Shown here one piece after another: positions 1-10,179 of a DNA stretch of 64,000 nt. The notes beneath the pieces are model-generated. The model saw nothing but the letters and a program-made list of their open reading frames with translations, did no database searches and had not been told where the DNA came from. This DNA comes from Candidatus Latescibacterota bacterium. Its GTDB lineage: Bacteria > Latescibacterota > UBA2968 > UBA8231. Location: the NCBI GenBank assembly GCA_965208105.1, contig OZ242318.1, forward strand, positions 3,520,001 through 3,584,000. The letters run 5' to 3'. The translations under genes and the position numbers were made by a program. Position 1 is the stretch's first letter. Every line of letters begins with the position of its first letter.

Positions 1-1
1 G

Positions 2-175
2 GGAGTGCCCTCGCTCGAAGAACAAGATGCAATCTGCGACGTGCTTGATGCTTGTTACGGTTTGGTGGATCGGGAGGAAAACCAGAAGGAAGCGCTCTGC
101 GCTATCAAGTCTTCTCTCATGCCCGTCCTCCTCACCGGCGAGCTCCGCGTCAGCCCGGACATCGAAGTCGCATGA
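2..175 (+). CDS. hsdS: Type I restriction-modification specificity subunit, C-terminal fragment (truncated by window start)
   Basis: Frame 2 reads GVPSLEEQDAICDVLD...IKSSLMPVLLTGELRV, the typical HsdS C-terminus (P..EEQ..I / L..LLTGELRV). hsdR lies downstream. Confidence 0.85.
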   Translation, partial: GVPSLEEQDAICDVLDACYGLVDREENQKEALCAIKSSLMPVLLTGELRVSPDIEVA

Positions 176-406
176 CCTCCAGACCAGCCGCTGAGACGGC
201 TCCACCACGCCGGGTGCGACGCGAGCGGGCAGGTGTCGGGGGGACAGTTCTAGCCGCGCCCCGCGAGAGCCGGGCAGGGTAGTGGTCGCAAATGACGCCA
301 CGCACCTCCACCCAATTCGAGTTACTCATCGGTATAACTCAGCCAAGGAGGAGGAGGGATAAGGACTACCCCTACTCACATTCTCTTGTGAAAGGAGATC
401 GAAAAA

Positions 407-556
407 ATGGCAGAATCGAAAACGGTTAGGGCGCTCAGGGAACAACTCGCTGATACTCAGGAACAGCTGAAAAGGTGCCAAACCGTCAGCAAGGGTAGGA
501 TGACAAAGTTGAGAAATGCAAGAGCTGAGATCAAAAGACTGAAACTGGAGCGTTAA
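407..556 (+). CDS. Small basic coiled-coil hypothetical protein (49 aa)
   Basis: AAAGGAGA RBS before ATG407; MAESKTVRALREQLADTQEQLKRCQTVSKGRMTKLRNARAEIKRLKLER; below the ORF-track size cut-off. Confidence 0.5.
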   Translation: MAESKTVRALREQLADTQEQLKRCQTVSKGRMTKLRNARAEIKRLKLER

Positions 557-566
557 GCTACCGCTG

Positions 567-1142
567 ATGAATTGTCTGTGGTGGATCTCTCCAGCCTCGA
601 ATGTAATCGTAGCCGTTGCGGCGGTAGTGACTGCCTGCGCGGCAATCTGGGGATTACAGACTTGGAAAAGACAAGTCAGGGGACAGGCTGAGTACGAATG
701 CGCCCGAAGGCTTCTCGCCTCAATACGTCAGGTGCAGTATTCCTTTGAATCCGCACGTTCGCCTTTGGGGTTTGCGTACGAAGGGGAAGGCCAATCGGGT
801 ATGTTCGATGATCGTAGGAGAATTATGGATGAAGCGTTTCGTGAAATTCGGACTCACGGAATAGATGCGGAAGTCTTTTGGGGGAGTGAGAGGATTCAGG
901 GGCTGCTCAACCCAATCGCAAAGTGCTGCATGAAGTGGAAAATGTGTGTAAGACGTTATTGTCAGTTAGATACGCAGTATTCGAGGCCTCACCTTCGCCG
1001 GGTCATGCCCCCGGAGGTCGCGCAGGAATATGAAAGACTTGGACAAATTGTGTATGGTCAAACAGATGATGAGTTTCACAATCAATTTGTAGATGCCGTC
1101 TCTGAAGCCGAATCCTTCCTCCGTTCAAAGATGATGGCCTGA
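567..1142 (+). CDS. Hypothetical protein with N-terminal transmembrane helix
   Basis: 191 aa; hydrophobic VIVAVAAVVTACAAIWGL followed by a helical soluble domain; lower GC than the flanking hsd genes. Confidence 0.7.
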   Translation: MNCLWWISPASNVIVAVAAVVTACAAIWGLQTWKRQVRGQAEYECARRLLASIRQVQYSFESARSPLGFAYEGEGQSGMFDDRRRIMDEAFREIRTHGIDAEVFWGSERIQGLLNPIAKCCMKWKMCVRRYCQLDTQYSRPHLRRVMPPEVAQEYERLGQIVYGQTDDEFHNQFVDAVSEAESFLRSKMMA

Positions 1143-1276
1143 CCGGGGCTTGGCGCAGAATTAGAGCAAGAGGCTAAATCGTTACTTTCCTAAATAAGTT
1201 CCTAATATTTAGGCCGAGTCTATGCCTACAGAAAGTGCCTGGCAAGTTTTGCCAAAAAGATGGGCCTATAAGCGGT

Positions 1277-1363
1277 TATGAGGCCGATAACTCCGCGGCC
1301 TACCTCAACTCCGTGATTGAGCAATCGGCTGGCGACCCGGCGCTGTTGATGAAGGCTTCTCGG
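1277..1363 (+). pseudogene. Remnant of addiction-module antidote (HigA-like) N-terminus
   Basis: YEADNSAAYLNSVIEQSAGDPALLMKASR aligns by eye with AAYLNVAIEESSGDPRLLMKAFR of 2185..2511. Confidence 0.6.
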
Positions 1364-1667
1364 AGTTGGGGCCTTCGAGATCTTCGAGTCGGGCCAGGCT
1401 CAGCCGAAGTTGGAACGGCTTGAGCAGTCGGTTCAACGTGGCCTGCGTCGGGTTGTGCTGCGGGTGAATCGCACGCAGGACGTTCGGACCCGCCATCCCC
1501 GCTCGCTCGCCGAACTCCTTGACGCCCATGGCCCGAATCACCTTTCCAAGGGCGGTCTGGACCGCCACTCCCTCATCCATGGCTGCAAGAAGGAACTCGC
1601 GCGCGAACTCCGGGTCGCGCAGGTCCTGCGCCAGTCCTTCGTTCCAATCTCGACTGCGTCGTGCCAT
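1305..1667 (-). CDS. Addiction-module antidote, HTH antitoxin (HigA/HI1420-like)
   Basis: MARRSRDWNEGLAQDLRDPEFAREFL...NPTQATLNRLLKPFQLRL; starts immediately after the toxin stop. Confidence 0.8.
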   Translation of the reverse strand: MARRSRDWNEGLAQDLRDPEFAREFLLAAMDEGVAVQTALGKVIRAMGVKEFGERAGMAGPNVLRAIHPQHNPTQATLNRLLKPFQLRLSLARLEDLEGPNSEKPSSTAPGRQPIAQSRS

Positions 1668-1668
1668 G

Positions 1669-1989
1669 TCACGTCCTCTCCAGATAGTCTCGCCAATAGT
1701 CCTGAGCGCGCCGGATGTCCTTCGCCTGCGACGCCTTGGTCCCACCGGTGAGGAGCAGGACGAGCGAAGTCCCGTCCCGGCCGAAGTAGATCCGGTAGCC
1801 GGGACCGGCCATGAAGCGCGCCTCGCAAACGCCGCTGCCTACGTTCTTGAAATCTCCGAGGTTACCGCCCTCGAAGCGAAGCACTCGGGCCTGCATCCGG
1901 GCTCTGACTGAAGGGACCAGCGTCGCCAACCACTGCCGAAACGGGCTCACCCCATCGGCAGTTTCGTATTCACGGACGCTCAGCGACAT
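1669..1989 (-). CDS. Addiction-module killer protein, RelE/HigB-like toxin (HI1419-like)
   Basis: Y.TADG.SPF..WL, GNLGDFKNVG.GV.E.R, GPGYRIYFG, LLL.GG.K..Q..DI motifs. Confidence 0.9.
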   Translation of the reverse strand: MSLSVREYETADGVSPFRQWLATLVPSVRARMQARVLRFEGGNLGDFKNVGSGVCEARFMAGPGYRIYFGRDGTSLVLLLTGGTKASQAKDIRRAQDYWRDYLERT

Positions 1990-2067
1990 CTCAGGTCACC
2001 AGCATACGTATCACAAATGATAATAATCCGGGTCGAGGTAACAGGCAAATCGACACACACTTGTCAC

Positions 2068-2096
2068 TTGACGCAGTGTAGCCAAATGGCTACACA
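2068..2096 (+). promoter_or_regulatory. Sigma70-like promoter with overlapping palindromic antitoxin operator
   Basis: TTGACG(2068)-N17-TACACA(2091); perfect inverted repeat GTGTAGCCA-AA-TGGCTACAC at 2076-2095. Confidence 0.65.
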
Positions 2097-2204
2097 ATGG
2101 GTGTGGTCGCACACTACGTCGCGACTGACCGTACGAACGCCTACGACGCATGGTTCCGAGGCGGTATAGACAGGTGCAAACGGCATGCCCGTCAGAGCCC
2201 ATGA
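2097..2204 (+). pseudogene. Internally deleted killer-toxin gene (N-terminus only)
   Basis: MGVVAHYVATDRTNAYDAWFRG resembles the toxin N-terminus (cf. VREYETADGVSPFRQWL), then loses similarity; it lies between the operator and the antitoxin. Confidence 0.55.
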
Positions 2205-2511
2205 AGCCAGCGAGTCCCTCCGGACACCGGAGGACGTCGCGGCGTACCTCAACGTCGCGATCGAAGAGTCGAGTGGGGACCCGCGACTGTTGATGAAGGC
2301 GTTTCGGAAGGTCGCGGCGGGCCAAGGTGGTGTTTCCGCCATGGCGCGGAAAGCCGACATCGACCGTGTGGCTCTCTCCCGTGGCTTGTCGGGAAACCGT
2401 GATCCCAGATTAGGGACGGTGACGAAGATCGCCGCGGCCTGCGGCGTGACCCTGCGGTTCGAGCAGCGTGGGGGAGCTGACGCAAATCCAACAGAACAGG
2501 AGGAAGCATGA
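2185..2511 (+). CDS. Addiction-module antidote protein (HTH antitoxin), orphan
   Basis: LRTPEDVAAYL..AIEE, GG.SA.ARKA.I.R.AL.R.LSG..DPRL.T..KI..A.G. Confidence 0.85.
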   Translation: MPVRAHEASESLRTPEDVAAYLNVAIEESSGDPRLLMKAFRKVAAGQGGVSAMARKADIDRVALSRGLSGNRDPRLGTVTKIAAACGVTLRFEQRGGADANPTEQEEA

Positions 2512-2678
2512 CCAGGACAGTCACCTTGGATGTCTGCCTTCGCGAGATTATCGAACGGGGTCTTGAAGACATGGAGGACTACTATCTCGTTACCGGGGTC
2601 CTGAAGCGCGTCCGAGATGGTGGGGAGCAGGTGTACTCCACTGCCGAGGTGAAGAAATAGCTTGATATGGACGATTGA
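2508..2678 (+). pseudogene. Decayed RelB/CopG-type antitoxin (C-terminal half, premature stop)
   Basis: LREIIERGLEDMEDYYL...VLKRVRDGGEQVYSTAEVKK*LDMDD* resembles RelB-type antitoxin C-termini; N-terminal RHH missing; in-frame TAG at 2658. Confidence 0.55.
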
Positions 2679-2699
2679 GCACACCGAGACTGGACACCC

Positions 2700-5713
<3,014 letters not shown>

Positions 5714-5717
<4 letters not shown>

Positions 5718-6445
5718 CCGCCAGCCTGGAAACCTCCGCAGTCACCTGGGGCGGCACCCGCCTGACCTACGCCATCCGCCGTAGCGCCCGGCGAAAAAAG
5801 ACTGTGGCAGTTACGGTAGATCCAGGCGGAGGAGTGTTGCTCCTGGCTCCCGAGGAGTTCAGCACCAGCCGGTTGGATGCGGTGGTGAAAAGAAAGGCAC
5901 CATGGATCGTGCGGAGGCTTCGGGGGATGGAGTCAACCGGTGTGCCTCCGTCGCCCCGGGAGTTCGTCAGCGGTGAGAGCGTGTTGTATCTCGGGCGGCA
6001 ATACCGCCTGAAGGTTAATCCCGGGGAGACCGGTGACGCGAAGCTCCACGGTGGATGGCTGCACGTGCCGGCGCCGGCGGCAGCGAACCAGCGGGGTCAT
6101 GTGCGAGCGGCGCTGGTCTCGTGGCTACGTCGCCACGCGGCAGAGCGGCTGCCGGAGCGGGTGGAGATGTGGCGCTCGAAGGTTGGCGTGGAGATGCCCC
6201 GCGTGGTTATCTCTGACCAGCAAAGGCGCTGGGGGAGCTGCGACCGTAGCGGGACTATCCGGCTGAATTGGCGCATCATCCAAGCCCCGATGCGTTTGGT
6301 GGACTACGTGGTGGTCCACGAGCTGGTGCACCTGCGGCATCGGGGCCACGGCCGCGACTACTGGCAGGCCCTCGGGCGTGTCATGCCGGACTATGAGCGC
6401 AGGCGGGAGGAGTTGCGGCAACGGGGGTTGGGGTGGGTGTGGTAG
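5714..6445 (+). CDS. YgjP/DUF45 (M48-like) zinc-dependent hydrolase
   Basis: RWGSC, LNWR.I, DYVVVHELVHL (HExxH); 4-bp ATGA overlap with hsdR. Confidence 0.9.
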
Positions 6446-6694
6446 GCCAACTGCTCCGGTCGCCAAGTCCAAGTTAGATCCACTATTAAGGGGGAGGTCG
6501 CCAACGGCTGGCCGGTTCCTGCACGCATACCTGCTTTAATCCTACCGACCCCTACTCACGCCATTCACCAGCCAAGCGATACCATGACCTTTGGTAATGG
6601 GTTGCGTCCACCAGGCTTCAAATCGTTGAAGAAAGGAAATGAACAGATAAAAAATCATTGAGAGGCAAGGCGATCCAGAAGAATCAATAGAGAT

Positions 6695-7147
6695 TCAGTC
6701 TTTGGAACGAACGCGACGCAAGAAATGGACTGGCATTCCATAGGTTGGTCCGCTAACATCATGCACGTTATTGTGTTCAATATCCTCTTGCGGTCCTAGT
6801 TTGCTTGTCCAGCGTCCATCACATAGTTGTCTTGCTGCGTGGGTAGGAATCAGCTCGCCGTTCTTATCAACAGCAAAAAGCGCCACTTTCTCGTATCCAC
6901 GCTCCAAAGATTCGTCCTCACACGCTTCATATCCAAGGGTCCTAAATACCGCCAAAAACGCCTCCACGGTTTCTTCACTAGGTACCCCCTGTGGCCAAAA
7001 TCCCATACGGTAGTTAGGCCACCACCACCGAGTGCTACAGTTGGCTGCCCAAGCAATGCAATTGTAGCGGTTTGTGGCGGGGCTAGTTATTTGATTATTG
7101 TGGGAATTTAGGTGCGGAACTTCGGGATGTGCCCGAATACAGCGCAT
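6695..7147 (-). CDS. Putative papain-like Cys/His enzyme of unknown function
   Basis: YNCIAWA (Cys), PTHAARQ (His), WTSKLG..EDIEH; GGAG RBS before ATG7147. Confidence 0.7.
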   Translation of the reverse strand: MRCIRAHPEVPHLNSHNNQITSPATNRYNCIAWAANCSTRWWWPNYRMGFWPQGVPSEETVEAFLAVFRTLGYEACEDESLERGYEKVALFAVDKNGELIPTHAARQLCDGRWTSKLGPQEDIEHNNVHDVSGPTYGMPVHFLRRVRSKD

Positions 7148-7671
7148 TCTTTTGTCTCCGCCCATGAAAGCCACGCCTTGGCTATTAGAACAGTATCGCC
7201 ATAAGCGTCCTCTGGAACGGGATCCTCACCTGTTATAGCCTCGAGGGCAGCATACCAATGATCGGGGTTCTCCCCCTCCTGTTTGAGCCGTTCCAAAATA
7301 AGAGGGACCGCCCTATCTCCCATTTCGATGATTTGCTGGTATGAAGAGCAATTGAACATCTTTGAAAGAGAAGACGTTATTCCCCTTTCCTCGTGCCACT
7401 GCTTCACCAGCCGCGTGAAGAGGCGGGACTCTATATCGTCAGCATTATCAGGGTAGGTACTACTAGTGGAAGGAGGGGCTAAAATGAAAGGAGGGGCAGC
7501 CGTGCCAGAGGGGGCCTGAGCTTCCTTGACCGTAGCCAACTGATTCCCATGGCAAGGGGCATAGTATACTTCTCGCCTAGGCGGTGGCGATAAAGACGGA
7601 TCCTCCCAGGCACGACCCTCAAAAGGCCCCGAGTCGCTCTCTTTGTCGAGCATCTGCATCAGATTTGGCAT
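7108..7671 (-). CDS. Hypothetical protein: Pro/Ser-rich N-terminus plus helical C-terminal domain
   Basis: C-domain F..LV.QW..E...SS...YQQII.MG..AVPLIL..L....HW..AL.AITG..PV...AWL.W; ATG follows the upstream TAG-TAG stops directly. Confidence 0.75.
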   Translation of the reverse strand: MPNLMQMLDKESDSGPFEGRAWEDPSLSPPPRREVYYAPCHGNQLATVKEAQAPSGTAAPPFILAPPSTSSTYPDNADDIESRLFTRLVKQWHEERGITSSLSKMFNCSSYQQIIEMGDRAVPLILERLKQEGENPDHWYAALEAITGEDPVPEDAYGDTVLIAKAWLSWAETKECAVFGHIPKFRT

Positions 7672-7674
7672 CTA

Positions 7675-8019
7675 CTACTTTCTTTCTTGCTTTTGGGACT
7701 GCAATTGCTCAAGCGCCTCAATCTTCTCCGTGAGCCAGCGCTGAAAACTCTTTGCCAAGTCGAGGTCAATCATGACCTCAACATCAACTTCCCGAACAAC
7801 CCCTTTTTTTGTAACCCGTTCTACTTCGGGTCCAAGCTTTCCCTCGGTAACCTCATGTACAAGGCTCTGTGGAATGGGGGACCGTTCTGAATAGAAGGCC
7901 ATAGTGATATAGCCCCTAGATGTTGGCCCTCCCCACACACCGTCTGCATGGACGACGCGGAAAGCGCTTCCCTTGATATAGTGAAACTCGATCCTTTCGG
8001 GGGGACTCTCTTCTGCCAT
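7675..8019 (-). CDS. Hypothetical protein (DUF3467-like layout)
   Basis: FHYIKGSAFRVVHADGVWGG...MAFYSER.PIP...REV.VEV..D...AK....WL; GAGG RBS before ATG8019. Confidence 0.75.
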   Translation of the reverse strand: MAEESPPERIEFHYIKGSAFRVVHADGVWGGPTSRGYITMAFYSERSPIPQSLVHEVTEGKLGPEVERVTKKGVVREVDVEVMIDLDLAKSFQRWLTEKIEALEQLQSQKQERK

Positions 8020-8615
8020 AAGTTTCCTCACTTAGGGGAAAAAACAACGTCAGGTCGGGGTTGCCTTATCTCGGGAGATCGCGCAGTCCGGTCGAGACTC
8101 TATTCTTGAGTCAGATCTCTTCTTCAGGGTAATCAAACTGTTTATAGGTTCTCCCTGCATACACAACTTGCGGATGTTCTCGAGATGTGGGGGATGGGTA
8201 CAGCCAAGAATTGCTCCTTACGCACCAGAATTGAGACAGGCTTGATTGAGTGGTACCGGGCCCTTCCACCGTCAGGGAGGAGTTCTTTGATACGATAGGG
8301 AACAGGATGGACCATTGTCAAGGATTTACTACTCGTTTGAGCCGATTGCTCATCCGGTCGATCAGAGCCATGGGTAGGAAAGTTGCCACCAATTCTAGTC
8401 AAGGACGCTCAGTCTCTCATCGAGAGAAAATTAGCTGCTGGCGGGCTATTTTTTTTCATCTTTTTCCTATGGGAAGGGGCTGCCTCTTGGATGCTGGTTC
8501 TAACTCGCGAGACGTATCAACTGCTAAGACCGACCAACGGGACAGATCAGCATTGTCCCCGGATGCCGCTGCCATCTCATGACATTCACCATTGCATCCG
8601 AATAATCTACTTTGT

Positions 8616-9110
8616 TTAGAACGAGTTTCCTCTCTGGGCGGCTTTTACAGCTCCCCAACTGCGTGCCTGCACTCCCGTTGCCATCCCTTCCACCTGCACA
8701 TGGAAGTACACCGGCTCGGATTCCACCTGCCCGTCAGCGGTTTCCTGCACCGTCGTGACCGCCCACCGAGTGCTCATGATATTGTCCAGGGTAGCGACGA
8801 TGACCCTGACGACAGGCTCCATAGCTTCAACAGTGTTCCACGGCAGGAAGACCAACCGGGTATCCTCTTCTACCAGGTTCCCCTGTTCATCGAGGCCATA
8901 ATTGACCGATACCTCGCGGTAAATCCGGTATCCGTCCGCTCCTTCCACCGCGTCCCAGGTCATGAGGATGAAGCCGCCCTGGTCGCCCGCACCCTCCGCC
9001 TGGTATGGCACTGCCACCACCCTGTCGGGCGGCGCAGGCAGGGCCAGCTCCGCGTTTGCGGACTGCAGCAGGGCAAGTATCGCCAGCGCCAATTTCTTTG
9101 GATGCCCCAT
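8616..9110 (-). CDS. Secreted protein (FN3/Ig-like) with C-terminal T-x-V-x-x-x-S-W-G-x-V-K motif
   Basis: Signal peptide KKLALAILALLQSANA; LMTWDAVEGADGYRIYR FN3-like pattern; ends TGVQARSWGAVKA. Confidence 0.75.
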   Translation of the reverse strand: MGHPKKLALAILALLQSANAELALPAPPDRVVAVPYQAEGAGDQGGFILMTWDAVEGADGYRIYREVSVNYGLDEQGNLVEEDTRLVFLPWNTVEAMEPVVRVIVATLDNIMSTRWAVTTVQETADGQVESEPVYFHVQVEGMATGVQARSWGAVKAAQRGNSF

Positions 9111-9152
9111 GGGTAGTCTCCAAACTCGGCAGGTCGGTATTGAAGAAAACAG

Positions 9153-9186
9153 TTGACAAAGGCCCTGTAAACTCTATTTTATAGAG
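9153..9186 (+). promoter_or_regulatory. Sigma70 promoter with overlapping inverted repeat (putative operator)
   Basis: TTGACA(9153)-N16-TATTTT; CTCTAT-TTT-ATAGAG at 9172-9186. Confidence 0.55.
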
Positions 9187-9282
9187 AACTCTGATTAAGT
9201 GAGGTTCCTCTGGACTCTTTACCATGAAACAGGGCCGCCGGTCTCGGTTCCGGGGAAGGCGGCCGGTCAAGGAGATTTCACC

Positions 9283-9849
9283 ATGGATCCGAATGTGACG
9301 CAGAAGCTCGAAGAGGACGTGTCCTTTATCCGCCAGGCCGTGGAGCGCCGGGAGGAGGGGCAGTACCGCTACCTGGGTATAACCCTCCTGTGGGCGGTGA
9401 TCATCGCCGCCGGTTATGCTCTCAACGACTTCGCCATGGAGCACGCCCCCCTGTACTGGGCTGCCGTCCCGGCAGCCGGCTTCCTGGTCAGCCTCGGCCT
9501 GGGGGTCCTGCAGGAGAGGAAGGGAGGAATCCGCAGGCCCGGTCTCGGCGCCAGGAATGCCCTGCACTGGGGCTGCATCTTCTTCGCCGGGGTGGCGGTG
9601 ATCTCCATTGCCGTTTCCCACCGGTTCGACGGCTGGGTCATCGGCCAGCTCTTCAGCCTCCTCTGCGGAATCGTGTTCCTGCTGGGCGGCCTGCACCTGG
9701 ACCGGCGCAAACTCTTGCCCGGCGTCCTGCTCATCTGCGGATCGGCCGCGGTCGACCACATCCAGCCCTATCCCTGGACCACCGTCGGCCTGGCAACGGC
9801 CGCCGCCCTGGTGGCCGGCGCCATATGGATGAAACCGAAGGAAGGATGA
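9283..9849 (+). CDS. Integral membrane protein (about 6 TM)
   Basis: AAGGAGA RBS before ATG9283; multiple hydrophobic helices; coupled to the wHTH gene. Confidence 0.8.
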   Translation: MDPNVTQKLEEDVSFIRQAVERREEGQYRYLGITLLWAVIIAAGYALNDFAMEHAPLYWAAVPAAGFLVSLGLGVLQERKGGIRRPGLGARNALHWGCIFFAGVAVISIAVSHRFDGWVIGQLFSLLCGIVFLLGGLHLDRRKLLPGVLLICGSAAVDHIQPYPWTTVGLATAAALVAGAIWMKPKEG

Positions 9850-10178
9850 AAAAGCCCTCCCAACCGGCTGAAGTCACCTCCGGGGGCCTGGTGCGGCTGG
9901 ACAAGCTGCTGGAACACCGCAGCCGGCTCGGCGCCTGCGTTCTGCTGGCCGACGTGGAGGCCATGACCTTCACCAGCCTCAAGCAGCTCCTGAAGGAGAC
10001 CGACGGCAATCTGGGAGCGCACCTGCGCAAGCTGGAGGATGCCGGCTACCTCGACGTGTCCAAGCGCTTCGAGAACCGCAGGCCGGTGACCTGGTACCGC
10101 CTCACCGACAAGGGTGCCGGGGCCCTGCAGGCCCACCTCGAGGCGCTGCAGACGGTGATCCGGGGGGCGCGGCTCTGA
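9846..10178 (+). CDS. Winged-helix transcriptional regulator (ArsR/MarR-like)
   Basis: FTSLK.LL..TDGNLGAHLRKLEDAGYL...K.F..RRP.TWY.LT..G; ATGA overlap. Confidence 0.9.
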   Translation: MKKPSQPAEVTSGGLVRLDKLLEHRSRLGACVLLADVEAMTFTSLKQLLKETDGNLGAHLRKLEDAGYLDVSKRFENRRPVTWYRLTDKGAGALQAHLEALQTVIRGARL

Positions 10179-10179
10179 G

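Noticed and set aside
8175-8262. Fragment VLEMWGMG...GLIEWYR reminiscent of NDP-sugar epimerase C-termini
   Set aside because: Too short and degenerate to support a call
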